In this document: positions 25,901 through 40,032 of the stretch, one piece after another
Layout of the letters: every line of letters begins with the position of its first letter
How positions within the stretch are numbered: the stretch's first letter is position 1
Assembly: GCA_021613535.1 (NCBI GenBank)
Contig: CP075494.1
Span: forward strand, 14,942,001 to 15,006,000
Direction: 5' to 3'
Source of the DNA: Adineta vaga
Lineage: Eukaryota > Animalia > Rotifera
DNA length: 64,000 nt
Notes under the pieces: generated by a model
Told to the model about the DNA's origin: nothing
What the model saw: the letters and a program-made list of their open reading frames with translations, nothing else
Database searches by the model: none
Made by a program: the position numbers and the translations under genes

Positions 25901-27096
25901 TGTCATCTAAGATGATTTGATAAAAAGTTTTAGTTTTAAATAGAAGACATACTTGTGCAATTGTACATTGACTTTGATTGAAAATTGTTGCAATTGATTT
26001 TAAATTTTGACGAATTTCTTGTGAAAATATACAAAGACAAGCACCGGAATGTATAGCGAGAAAAATATCAATTAATGATACATCAAATGTTAAAGATGTC
26101 GAACGAAATAAACAATCATTTGTTGTTACATCAAATACTGATCTATAAATATTATCAAATCATGATTATTAATGAAAAAAAAGCTATTTACTTTAGTTGA
26201 ATTAAATTAGGCAAGATACATGCGTGAGATACATAGATTAATTTCGGTATACCAGTTGAGCCTATTGAAAAATTAATGAATTATTTCCTGTTTAAATATT
26301 ATACTGGAAATAGAGAAATTTCCGTTCTATGAAATAATCACAAAAAGAAAGAAATGATTTCATCAGTTCATTGAACAGAATTATTAACTTTCTCTTTTGA
26401 TACTTTGTTCTATCATATCAAAGTCAGATATTTCTACTTAAATTTACCTGATGAAGCAACGACATAAGCAATATCTTTATAAGATATTTGACTAGAATTT
26501 CTATAGAAATCAATGGAATTATCAAGTAAAATACTAGTTGACAATATTGCGTGATGAAAGAGATGATCGTAGATTTTCTTCTAGATGAATTGAATACAAT
26601 AGATTTGACAATAATATGAAGAAAAATTCACTTTAGTTGGATGTTGACAAATAAATAGCGATGGATTTAATTGCATGAGAAAAGTTTCAAGGAGATTTTC
26701 TGGCCAATTAAAATTACAAATAAAAAAACAATTGTTCGATTGTAAAATTCTATGAAATTCTAACGTTTGAAAATATTTCGAAAAGAAAACAAATTCAATC
26801 AAACCCTAAAATCAATGGAATCGTTAAATATGTTTCATCACTATCAAGAACAATTAATTGTTCATTAATATTCATATCCAATAGTTGTTTAGAGATCTAA
26901 ATATGACAATTGTATCAAATGAATTTCATCTTCGTGATCTATTTACTTCATTTGCAAGTTCAATGATTTCCATATAAGTTAAAATTCTTCTTGATTCAGA
27001 AAGATTTTCATGATAATATTGAATAGCAATATTCTTATTCATTGAACAGAATGTATTCGTATTTGAAATCCATTCCCAAATTGTTTTAAAAACCAT
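22979..27096 (-). CDS. AASDH: Beta-alanine-activating enzyme (NRPS-like A domain, carrier domain, PQQ-type beta-propeller)
   Basis: SSGSTGIPK, TFDVS, LGGEQF, NIYGLTEMSCWA, IPLTINGKIDR, carrier motif FITNGGNSL, KCIDASPL and repeated W..SSP propeller blades. Confidence 0.9.
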
Positions 27097-29034
27097 GTTC
27101 TTTCTTTTTCCTTTTTGTTAATAAGAAGACGAGTTTTCTTCATATAATGATTCTGCTTAACGTTGATTAGTTCGTTTCTCTTATCCAATAAAACGATCGT
27201 GAACGACAGAATGGTAAACAAAATGGTTTGGCATTTTTCTTCAGAAGATGAAGAACTTGTCATAATCGATTTCTAATCCATTATATCTTCGAAGCAAGAG
27301 AAATATTTGATCGTACATTCTTCTCTCTATGTGTATCATTCAACATGGCTCAATTATGTGGTAGGAAATATGATCTATTTTGAAAACAAACATACTCTTT
27401 TCCCCCATATTTATATGTGCAGATGGAAAATAATACCAGATTTAAACAATTCCTAGCATATTTAGCGTAATAGAAGAATTTCTTGAGATTTGCTTGAGAA
27501 ATTAGTCAATAATTCATTATCCGTAACAAGATTTTTAGAATTAAAAAACAAAATTCCCCTCCAAGGTCATTCTTTAATTCCAAAGCGATTATGATATGAA
27601 TTGATGAGAGTGAAAATGCTTGAGGTTTTTCTTTTCTTTTCTTTTATTAACGATTGTTTCAATACATGATTTCGTTTAGAGGAATATTGTTTGATAAATT
27701 AACAAATTAGTATTATTGTTTCTTCGAACATCATTATTTTTTCGTCATATCTTATGCCGGTCTTTTGCTCAAGATACTCAATCAGATAGACTTGTCAATA
27801 TGTAAGTTGTTTTTGATTATTGATTCGGCAGATTACCATGAAATTTGTAGTGTTGTTGACGAGTTTCTAATGACCTTCAATAGCAATAAACATATATGTT
27901 CTATTCGTCGTTGATGACGGAAATGTGTGTAGAAAGCACAAGAAAGAGATGATTTACAAATAATAATTCTTTTCGCGTCGTCGAATCAATTTTTGTTCTT
28001 GTAAAAGCGTGCGTACGCGCGTCGTTACAACCATCATTTTCCTATTAGTTACTTTCTTAGAGCGTGTATTCTGCCACTTTTTTTGACAGCTGCCGACACG
28101 CACATTAAAGCGAAAGAAGAGGAAGGGAAATCTATATTGACAAGTTAGTTGGAAGAATGAATTGAGAGAATTATATCAGAATATTTTGTAAATATGGCAG
28201 AATTTAGCACCATTTTATGAGATGATGTCAGCAAACAAACTAACAACATATTCATTTGATATGTGTGAAACAGAAGGAGAAGAAGAAAGAAAGAAAGAAA
28301 GAAAGAATCTGTCGCATTGTTTAGATCTCAAGAGATCGTCAAGTATTATCATAAAGAAACAACCTATTGCATACGAAAAAAGAAGAGAAAAGCGAAGGAA
28401 CTAGATCATAATTATCATAAAAAGAAGAAAAAAAAACCTAGACTCACACCTTATTTCTATACTATCAAAAAAAGATGAGGGGAGAAGGAGATCAAGATCG
28501 AAAGAGAGAAAGATAAGAAAGTCAGAATTCTTTCTCGTTCGACATTAAAACGAGACATATGATTTTTCTATGATCATTGAAGTGTTGAATACATCTATAG
28601 ATGGAAAATGTGTTGTTTTAACATTTATTCTATATACTAATAATAGCGACGAAACATAGTTCGGTTCTTATGTGTATGATGGATATTTTGTCATAAAAAT
28701 TAGATTATTGGTAGAATGCGTTGATGGAATAGCGTTCTTCTTCCTTTTTCTCTTCTTCGTCTTTCCCTCTTGATGCCACATCGAAGATTTTATATGAGAT
28801 GTCGAGATTGCCTCCTCCGATGCATTTATGCGTTGCGTATATATAAACAGAACTTCCTTTATTCTTCTAGAAATGGTCAACTACATCTAGTCAATGAGAA
28901 TTTTTCATATATGTCCAAACGAGATCTCCTTCGATTCGTACAATTCAAACTTTGTTAACTGTCGTTATTGATTCAAAACAAGTATTATTTGAACTTATTA
29001 TTACTACAGCAACTATTATTTTTGATTAGTCTCA

Positions 29035-32000
29035 TGCGGCTGTGTCAACGTCAACTAATGATGGACGCAGTTGTATTTCGATCTTGTCGACGCCCTTCAA
29101 CGTCGGCATGGTGGTAAGATAATGATTGATAGACATGTCGATCTCTTCTGAAGATAAATATACTAGAATACAATTAATTCTTTTTAGCTAAATACATTGT
29201 GGACACAAATTGAAGTTGTCGAATTAACCAACGACGGCACTGGACTTGGCTTTGGCATTAGTGGAAATAAGTCAACTGGTGTGGTCGTCAAAGCTATAGT
29301 GCCTGGTTCGATTGCTGACAAAGTAATATCATTCTAAGCTTTTATTTATAGTGTGAGATTTGTTTTACTTCCAGCTGCTTTTCTAATCGATGAAACAAAA
29401 GACAACAGAAAAAAAACATAGATAGAGAAAAAAGAAAAAGAAGAAGAAGAAGAAGAAAAGAAGAAGTCAGAAAATAAATTTGCCTAATGAATGATAGCTA
29501 GTAGGATTGTATGTATATATCTTTTAGAAGAGAAAAAAGAACAGAAAAAAAATGAAGAAAAAAAAGAACTGGCAAAGATGAGAAAGACGAGCAAGCATTT
29601 GCGTTGACATATTAGACGATCTGATGAGCAATATATCAAAGAGTTCTCTTATATACGTTATTGTTTGATTTTTTTTTCTTCTCCTTCTAGGATGGTCGTA
29701 TTCGTACGGGTGATCATTTATTTCAAATAAATCATGTTTATGTTCGAGGTATGAGTGCAGAACAAGTAGCTGGCATCCTTCGACAATGTCCTGAACAAGT
29801 TCGTGTTGTTATTGCACGTAGTGTACGTGAACCACAAACAGCAAATAGTAGTTCACCAACGATGTCTCAACGTCCTTCATTAACATCTGAAAATTTAATT
29901 CAATCAAGACATCCTTCATCACCAATGATTCTCGATAATGATGGCATTATAAATAGTTCTCAAAATAAAATCATTCTACGGACTGAACGTTTACTTGAAA
30001 GCAATCATAATTTAGAAAAAATCCTTGATAATCTTCTCGAACAGGTTTGTTCGTTCGTTCGATCCTTTCTTTTTTTTTGGTCTTTCGGCACTTTAATAAA
30101 AGAAGAAAAAAAAAGAGAACAACTAATTAAGAACAACATAGAAAGCGTTTACATGTAATGTTTTCCTCACTCTACTAGTTTACATGTATGTGTGTGTATA
30201 TTTTTTTTTCTTTTCTATTTAGTATTCTTTCCGTTTTTCATTCATCCTTCAAATCTCTTGGGCACTTTCTTCTTTTCACTCTTCATCATTCTCGACTGAA
30301 GAGTCTTTATACAGACTACAAGCATGACAGGTTGTTCCAGTAGTCAGAAGTATGAAGGGAAGAAGACGAAACAAGAGAGAAAAAAGAAAGGAACCATGGA
30401 TTCATTTAGTAAATGTGTGTTTTGTATGTCGTCAATTCTATTAAACCAAGAAGGATAGTACAAAACCGATTGTCGATTGTTAATCTCGGGAATTCTCTCT
30501 CTCTCTCTCTTTCTTGCGTTAAAATCGTGCTTCCCTAAGCATTGACTAGATAACTATCGACTCATTTCTCTTCTTCTTCTTTCTCTTTCGAATACCAACA
30601 TCGTTATTTGATTATATCAATATGTTTAGTGTCAAGCTGAAGAAGGAACACAAATCTTGGATGTTACACTTGAAAAAGGCGATGATGGATTAGGTATCAC
30701 AGTGGCCGGTTATGTTAGTCCCGATTCGACAAATAATGGTAAATATTAAGAAAAACTTTTTTTCTTCTCATCCATTGTGTGTTTATTGACATTATAATCA
30801 ATTGAGTTAATATATTTTATAATGACAGCAAATATAGGATATCTCCATCCAGTTAGTTGCTTCAAGCTAAACAGATGTTATAACAATGATAATATCGTTC
30901 GATTTACATAGTTATTTGGAAACAATTAGTCGAATATAGATCTTAGATGGATAACATACACGGAATTCTTTTCTTATTTGTATACATTCCCATGCCTATC
31001 ATCTCTTCAGATGCAATAAATCTCTTTGAAATCCTTCTTAAACATCTGTAGTCATTCTGTAAATATTCCATGATTAATTTATGTTAACTAAACAAATGAT
31101 AATATGATTTGACTCTTTTTCTTTTCTTCTATTTCATAGATGCTATTGCTGGAATATTCATTCGTGATATAGCTGAAGGAAGTGTCTGTTCACGTGACGG
31201 TAGTCTTGCTATAGGTGATCAAATAATTGAAGTGAATGATCAATCATTAAATGGATTTTCTAATGTTCAAGCACTTTATTTATTACAAAATACGAGCGCT
31301 TCAGTTCGATTAAAAGTTCGACGATATATTGATGGTGTTAAACATGAAAAAATCAAAGAAATGATTTGTAAATCAATCGTTTTTATTGAAAAGATTTCTA
31401 AACAGAAGTTTTGTTTTTTATTTAGCTTTAGAATCTTCACAACCTATTGAAGTAAAAGTTGAACTTCAAAATCAATTGAATCTTAACGATCAAATCAATC
31501 AGAAATGGATGAAAAGCTTAGGAAATAATTATGAAATTATTATTGTTGATCTCTACAAACCCGATAATGGTAGTCTTGGAATAACACTCGAAGGCACAAT
31601 TGATGTGGAAAATGGTGAAGAAGTTGGAGCACATCATTATATTCGAACATTATTATCCGAAGGAATTATTGAACGAGAAGGAACATTAAAATCCGGTGAT
31701 GAACTTTTAGAAGTAAGAAAAACATTCATCAATGAATTATGAAATACATATGTTTGTTTTTGTAGATAAATAATCAAATATTATATGGAAAAAATCATAT
31801 TAATGTTATTGAAATTATCAAACGTGTTAGACATCAAATAAAATTAGTTTGTGCTCGTCGAAAATTAGTCTCACAATCGAATGAAATCAATGCAAACTTA
31901 GCTTCAACTCGTTCTCGTTCAATATCATTTGGTAAAACAACAGAAATTGTTGTTAAAGCAAAAAGTTTAGGAACATTAGTTTCAAACAATACTTCATTCT

Positions 32001-35000
32001 TACGAATAACAAAAACACGTTCATTAGAAGTTATTTCCAATTTAGCCTTATGGTCAACATCGATTTTAAATATTGAATTAATTAAATCTGAACATGGCCT
32101 TGGATTTTCTGTACTCGATTATCAAGATCCTTCGAATCCCAGTTATTCACCGGTGATTGTTATCCGTGCATTAGTACCAGGTGGTGTTGCACAAATCGAT
32201 GGAAGAATTGTACCAGGAGATCGTTTAGTTGCTGTTAATGATATTACACTTGAAAATATGAATCTTGACGAAGTTATTAAAATCTTAAAATCAACTCCGA
32301 AAGGTCCTGTTAAATTAAGTCTATCCAAACCATTACCATATCCAAAATTTAAGAATGATAATGATGATAAAATTGTAACTGATAGTGAACAAAATGGACA
32401 TGGAAATCGACGTTTATCACGTATAAGTAAAAGTAGAACAACAACAGAAATGATTAATAATCATAAGGTAGAGTTGATTTGTTTGCAAATAGATCAGACG
32501 AGAAAACAAAAATATGTTGTTTTTTGTTTTGATTTAATTTGGGTTATTTTCTTCTTTCCGTTCTAATGAGAATAATATCGTGTTTACATAGTTTTTCTTC
32601 TCCGTTAAACATAATCAAAAAGAAAACTATTGGTTTTCAGACAATTCTTTCGGAATATAAACACAAAAGAAAGAAAAAAAAAGAACAATATCTCAAATTA
32701 AGATTTCTATGAATCTCTTCTAGCGTTCAGTTTCAAGTCATCGATCCGTAAAAAATAAACCAGCCGTTTCGAACGGCATTGCCTTGTCTGCTCCAGCTAT
32801 TCTTACTCGACATGAATATCCCGAAACATTATTAACAAAAGAAAATGCAAATAAACGAACTGAACATCACTTCTCAAGTGCTATTCATCGTCATAAAACT
32901 TCGAAACGAACATTTCCATCGAAAAAATCTTATCAATCTGATCTTTGTTTACCAACAATTAATCTACCTGAATTTATCCAATTTCAGTCAGATCATCTTC
33001 TCTTTTTATCTTATCGATCGTATGATCGTTTACGTAGTCCATTAACAAATTCAATATCTAAACTTCCTCGACAATCAACAACTTCTCAAACAACATCGAC
33101 TAAGAGTGCGTCAAAACGTCTATCTCGATCTCGACATTCATATGATGCATCAATTCCTCATCACAAACAACGAAAATCTTCGAAACGTTCGTCGACAAAT
33201 AAATTTGACTCGATGTCATGTTTTAATGAAGTGAGTAGACTAGTGATTTGCTTTCATGCTTTGTTTATTCAAGCACAAGACATCGAATACTCGAAGGAAA
33301 ATAATAACGATGATGATGAAAATTTGATTATGGCATTTTCCCACAGGAGATAACGATAACGATGAAAGAAGAGTTAACACCGTTGGTGACAAAATGAAAG
33401 ACGAGAAAAGGAAATCTCGAGAGAATATCAAGTAAAAGAGAGAGAATAAAAATTTCCGTACTGTTTTCGACATTTTTAACGGAGAAAGTACCGAAACAAC
33501 AAAAGGTATTTTTGATTAATTATATCGTTCATATTCAATTTGCTTTCTCAAAATCAGTTTCTTTCTTTCTCTTTCTTCGATAGTCTATGAATAGCAAAAA
33601 GACAAATGACATTATTGATTTACAGTTTTAGTCGAAAAATAAAACCATCTGGCAAACGTTCATGTCGAGAGTTATTCGACAAACTAATCATTTCTTTTCT
33701 ATTAGTTTGTCATAGATTATCGTTAGATTGCTTGTTAGTCTAATTAGAGACGTTCGAAGTCGGTTGGTAGATGTCTGTTTCTATTTAAGTTGATTCTAAT
33801 TGACATATCGATCTTGATCTACTTCTCATTAATGATTTTGATGACACAGATTAGTTGCTTATAACATCAATCTGTTGACCTTCTACTTGACTTGAATAGA
33901 ACAAGGATAAATTAAGTAAATGACATATATATATTTCTCTCTCTTTCTCTTCTTTTTCTAGGCTGATTTAAGTAGTGACGATACTAATTTGATTCGTTCA
34001 TCTTCCTTATCAAATCGATATTTGGCGAAAACGACTCTTCAATCTGCAGATGTGAAAAATGATGTTGTATGTATGGCTGACGAGAATAAGGAATTAGACG
34101 ACCTTTCCAATAATAATCCAATTAATCAAACATCTACATGTATTTCTTCCTCCAAACAATCATCTCGAATGGCATCGCCTGTTCTATCAAGTAGTTCACG
34201 ATCTTCCGGACATTGTCTTATGTTAGCTAACCCACAAGTTATAGAATTACCTGTTGAACTTCAACGTGAAATCGTTATTAAGCATGATTTTGATCAATTA
34301 AGTTAGTAGAAAAGGAGGAAATATGAACTTGATTTCTAATACGAAACATTTTGCTTTTCTTATCTAGATTTAATCGTTGATCCAAGAATTGATAATGGTA
34401 TTAACGGATGTTGTATACAATCGTTAACATCAATGGATACTGGTTTACATCCAGGTGATTTTATCGTATCAATTAGTAATGAAAATATGAGACAGATTAG
34501 TAATGCACAAGCATGTGCAATTATTCGACGTGCGTCATTAATTCGATCAGATATTAGGTGGATATGAAAGATGCTTGTTTGTTCGTTATATTCATATCTT
34601 TTTTATTCGTTTTAGTATCATTTTTATATGTGGAATTGCAGCTAGAAATTACAGAGAACAATTGCTCATTTCACAAGAAGTCCCATCTGAGTAAAATAGA
34701 AAATCATATTTGTTTTTATAATTCAACATCTTATCATGTTCTTTTCTTTTCTAGTGGTCCTGGTTTTGATACTGAATTTACCGATGAAACAGCTACTACT
34801 CCTCCAAGAATTCTCGATACAGAAAATCTATGTTCAACACTCTGGGGACCCGCACGAACAGTTGTACTTCATCGTGATAAACATGTGAAAAGTTTAGGAA
34901 TTAGTATCGTCGGAGGCAAATTAGATTTTTCTGGTCCGGGAAACACGATTGAATCATGTATATCTGGTATATTTATTAAACATGTGATTCCGGATTCCTT

Positions 35001-37098
35001 AGCTGGACGTCATAGTACATTAAAAACGGGTGATCGAATTCTTGAAGTCAATGGTTATAATCTTCGTGATGCTACACATGATCATGCAGTGGATATCATT
35101 CGTTCAGCAAAATCACCCATCTATTTTAGTGTTCAAAGTTTACTTGATCCATCAACTCAAACAGCAGCACATGTAGAACAAGATGAAAATATTCAATTAT
35201 TTCGACAATATGAACATTTGAATGGTGAAGTTCTTCTAATTGATATAAAAAGAAATTCAATAGAAATGAATGAACCTCTTGGTATTTCATTGATCGGACA
35301 TCGAGATCCTGATCAATTAGCTGTCTTTGTTTGTGATATTCAAGCAAATTCATTATTTGATCGTGATAATCGATTACAAATAGGTGATCAATTACTTCAA
35401 GTAAATTCTATTTTTTTTTTCTCAACAAATTTCTCCGTAATACAATTTTTCTGTTAGGTTAATGATGAAATTCTTTTTGGAAAATCTCATTCAATTGTTA
35501 CATCAATCATTAAATCAATTCCATCGGAAAACTTAAATTTTATTATTCTTCGGTAAAGATAAATACATTTTGAAAATCTTAGTTTTATTTGTTTCACTAG
35601 AAATCCAAATGCAATTCATGATATGGCTTTAAGACAACCTTATACAATCAGTCCACAACATACAATTCCTCTGCATGTTAAATTTACATCTGTTGAGAAT
35701 GATTCACAGACAACGAAACGTTCGTTTAATTTAATCAAAACAACGAATGATGTTGAAAGCAGCAAAGATATCCCATCAACTCAAACTAATTCTCATTCAT
35801 CTATCTCCGATGTGAAGCCTTGCTTATTCAATCAACGAAGTGTTGAATTCTCGCCGACATCATCAGATATGTTAACAAATGTAAATGAAGATCGAAATCA
35901 TCCAATTATGTCTGATGTTATTCTTCCCATTGTTACTAAACAAAGAAGAGATTTAAATACAAATATTAATGGAACATTTGTATCACATATACCTATGATG
36001 TCATCATCAAGTTCTTCCTCATCACTTTCAATTCCAACTCCAACACCAACTTCTGTTAAAAATGATATCCACGTTGATGAATCTGAATCTGTTGTGAAAA
36101 TGATTGAAAAAGATGAAAGTATGTTGATTAAGAATTCGAAATTAAAGATAATGTTTATGATTTTAGTTGATCTTCGTACAAGACCGATTCTTATGGGACA
36201 AGAAACATTGATTGAAATTGATCGAGGACAATTAGGTCTTGGACTTTCAGTAGTCGGAGGTTTTGATACACAATTGGTAAGTTTATCGATTTTTAATTGG
36301 AGAAATGAAGTTATGTTTGTTTTTAGTCAGGGATAATAATTCACGATATTTATCAAGGTTGTGCTGCACAACGTGACGGTCGTTTACTTGTCGGTGATCA
36401 AATTCTTGAGGTTTGTTTTCTTTCAATGTATAATTACATAATTTGAATGAATGTTTTGTAGGTTAATTCAATTGATTTACGTTCGGCAACTCATGAACAA
36501 GCTATTCAAGCATTGAGACAATCAAAAACAATCGTTCGTATGCTCATTTTACGTGGTGAAGTTGTCAATGAAGAAGATAAATTTGATATTATCACAGTTG
36601 ATTTTATGAAAAAAGCCGGCAAAGGATTAGGTAACGATTTTACAATGATCTTTCCTTTTTTTCCTTTATCATAAAAATCTTTCTATTTAGGTTTTAGTAT
36701 CATTGGTAGACGACATGGTTATGGTGTTTTTATCTCTCATATCGTAAGTTGGGTTAACTATTGAATCTATTCGAAAGTTAAATTCATTTTCATTAGATTG
36801 AAAATAGTTCTGCAGAAAAAGATGGTCGACTGATGTCGGGCGATTTAATTCTCGAAGTCAATGGAAAAGATCTACGAACAGCTGCATATGAACAAGTTGC
36901 TTTTACATTGAAAGTAATGATGATTTTTTTTTCATCAAAGAAAGAAGAAATTTATATGAATTCGTTTAGACTCTTCCTCATGAACGTGTTTATATCAAAG
37001 TCGGTCGTTTGAAAGCAAATGCTCATCAAAATTTTGTTCCTATTGAAACAAATGTTCGCTCTCGTTCACCATCAGCGAATCCACTCAATGCTAGATAA
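29035..37098 (+). CDS. Multiple-PDZ scaffold (MPDZ/PATJ-like), about 9 PDZ domains
   Basis: Successive PDZ loops GLGFGI, GLGITV, SLGITL, GLGFSV, SLGISI, PLGISL, GLGLSV and GLGFSI, plus one degenerate domain, most with DGR..GD..LEVN signatures. The first exon is uncertain. Confidence 0.88.
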
Positions 37099-38196
37099 TA
37101 TTTGTTGTTTTTATTTATTTATTTTTCATAGTCATATATACAAAATCAGACTCTAGTCGTTGACATATCTTTCTTTTTAATACAATTGATAAATAAAATC
37201 GAAAAACAAGAGGAACTGATCGTGTTTGTCAAATTTTCTATGCTTCCAAATCGTTTTCTTTCTTTTTTTTCTTTGTCTCTTCTAAATAATTGTACGATGT
37301 GAAACAAACAGAAATCTTTATATTTATTACTCGAGTTTTGTAATACTCCGGTTATTCTCTTGTTTGTGTTTCATTTCTCTCTCTCTCTCTCTTTTTCCCT
37401 CAATGTAGAATTGTTTTATGAGTCGATTATAGGAAAGAAAAAATGTGGAATATTTATGTTATTTTTATCTGTGTTTCAACTTTTTATTTTACTTGTAGTC
37501 TGTCAGTCATTGACGAATAAATTCTATGCAAAGAAATTTATCAGAAATATGATCCAATTCAATTTTATTCTATTCTCAGCTATTTCTATGATCAATCATA
37601 ACTATTTCGAGAGCCACAATTATGTCGATAGAAAGATTTTATTAAAAAATATTATTCCGCCGAAAAGAATACTTTCTCAATGAAACATCAAAGCTTAATG
37701 GAAAAATCATTTGTTTTTTTATATATTCAAAAGAAGAAAAAACAATAAAGCGATATTTGATCTATTTCTTTATGATCTAGAAAAAAACAGTAATTCAATC
37801 AGTATACATAATAAGAAATTCATTGAACACGAATCGAGTTTCTAAAGTTAGATTAATACCTAATCGATTACTCAATGCATGCATGTGAGAATTGGACGGA
37901 AGTTAATGAATGTCGAGTAGATTCGTATCAAAATTTTAATAATCAAACTCTATCATTGTAAAAATCTTGATTATATCCTTAATCATATTTCAGTTTTGTC
38001 AAAAAACTCCACTCCACAAGGAATCCATGAAAACAGTATTCCAATGGGCGAACCAAATGTTTCAATTTACTTGAATCTACCCGAGAAACATGAATAGAAA
38101 CGAGTATCTTAAGAATCTCTGACTAGAATATGATTAACAAATATTCACTATCAAGATCATTAAAGCCTCCTTTTGTCAAACCAAAAGAATTACTTC

Positions 38197-38345
38197 GCAT
38201 CTTTTTTAATCCGTTTCATCTACTCTATTCAGTATAAGTATTAGATCACGCATAGTTTAAGTCAAATCTTGAAGCTTTTTCGAAAACTATGCGTGATCTA
38301 ATACTTATACTGAATAGAGTAGATGAAACGGATTAAAAAAGATGC
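38197..38345. repeat. Perfect 62-bp inverted repeat with 25-nt spacer
   Basis: 38197-38258 (gcatcttttttaatcc...gcatagttt) is the reverse complement of 38284-38345 (aaactatgc...ggattaaaaaagatgc). Confidence 0.95.
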
Positions 38346-38419
38346 AAAGATTTGACGGATTTTCAAACCGAAAATCTACAATCTTTACGTCAAAGTTTTA
38401 GGAATTGGAGCATACCTAA

Positions 38420-38748
38420 ATACTACTTTATATTGTTCAATGGGAGATAATCATAAAGTAGTGAAAAGATGATAAAATGATATTTCAATGACAACAGCAA
38501 TTCTTACTGGAAATGTTATTCAAGGTTCTGCGTCGACTCAGCTTAATCATCCTTATAGAATTGTTTTAGATGCAGAAGAATATCTTTTTTTTGTAGATCA
38601 AGGTAATCATCGTATAGTTGGATGTGATGGGCAAGGTTCAGAATTTCACCATTTGAGACATCCGTTTACTCTTAGTTTCGATGTTGATGGATATATGTTT
38701 GCTAGTGATGAAAACAATAATCGAATTGGAAAATTTCTGTTCGAATAG
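38420..38748 (+). pseudogene. NHL-repeat protein gene remnant
   Basis: QGSASTQLNHPYRIVLD...FVDQGNHRIV and LRHPFTLSFDVDGYMFASDENNNRIGKF are NHL blades. The upstream part is broken by stops. Confidence 0.7.
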
Positions 38749-40032
38749 ATAGATTGAACGCGTTTTTCTTGTTGCAAATGAAAAAGTAGAGAGAGAATTT
38801 TCATATATTTTAACAGAAAAGGCATTTCATGGTTCATCCGACGGCCATCTCTAGTTTTCAATCTTTTCACGTCCACCATCTATTTTCTTTGTGTCTCTAT
38901 TTAAATGTACTTCAACCCATTAACAATGGCATTACAAACAGAAAGCTTTGTGAATGAACGCTTTGAATGTTGTATTTTGACAATTATATAAATACAGAAA
39001 ATGAACAGTCTTACAAAAAAATCTGTTTCACAAAATGCACATCATTTAACATACTTTCATAACTTATCTGAAATCATAATTTACCCAGCTGTTGCGATGC
39101 AATGTAATGTGTTCATCATTGAAGCAAATTCTGATCATTTTCTTTTGAATACTTGAAAAAGAAAAGATCAATTCTCTTCTCTGGTTATATAACAAGACTA
39201 ATTCAGAACTGTCAGTTAATTATCAAGTTATAATGACATTTTTTTTACTGTACCATATAGTTAATAGAACACAGTGTATGACGGAAATTAGTATATAGGA
39301 AATTTTTACTTCTACCTCTCGATTTCCGTTCTCACTCTTAACATTGAACATCAAGAAGTTAGAAGAACATGTTCAACATAATCTTCCTTCTTGACCCTAT
39401 TCTAACTGATTCAGTTCAATTAGAATGAGCGGCTTATTAAAAGAATCCATTACTAGTGCGTGAATGATGTAATACGAACTTAATAATTCTCTTTGAAGAG
39501 AAACCAACTGAATGCTACATTCATTTTCATTTTTAATCAGCACCATATGTGATCGCAATACAATTATCTCTATCTAAGATAATCATTCCAGTTGTGACAA
39601 TGAAAATATGCTCGTATTTGAACACGTCTGTTGTTCTTCGATGCAGTTAGATGGCTGTATCTCTTTTTTTGTTGTTATTCCCTTTTAAGAGATGATCGAT
39701 AACAATTGTCCGGTCAAAGAATTCTAATCATGTACTTTGCCATCTAATGAGCACTATAGAAAATGTTTCTTCGTATGATCGTTGGTTAATTGTTGTTTTC
39801 ATTCGTCGAACGGTCAGCAGAACGAAAGAACTTTTTACATTCGCTTCGATGCGTAAAAATAAATGAAGACTAAAGAAAGAAAGAAAGAGATGGAGAGAGA
39901 GAGAGAGAGAGTGAATGAGAGAATTTTTCTTTTCTATCTCTCATTTCAATAGATAGACATTTGGCAAGACGCATATATACTCTGCGACATTGTTTAAACA
40001 AAATGATTACTTATTGATCGAAGAGATTCAAC

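Noticed and set aside
22979-27096. Horizontally acquired NRPS
   Set aside because: The A-T-PQQ architecture is the standard eukaryotic AASDH, and there is no condensation domain.
39873-39920. GA/GAAA microsatellites here and at ~29440, ~30495 and ~37375
   Set aside because: Ordinary simple repeats with no spacer structure; not CRISPR-like.
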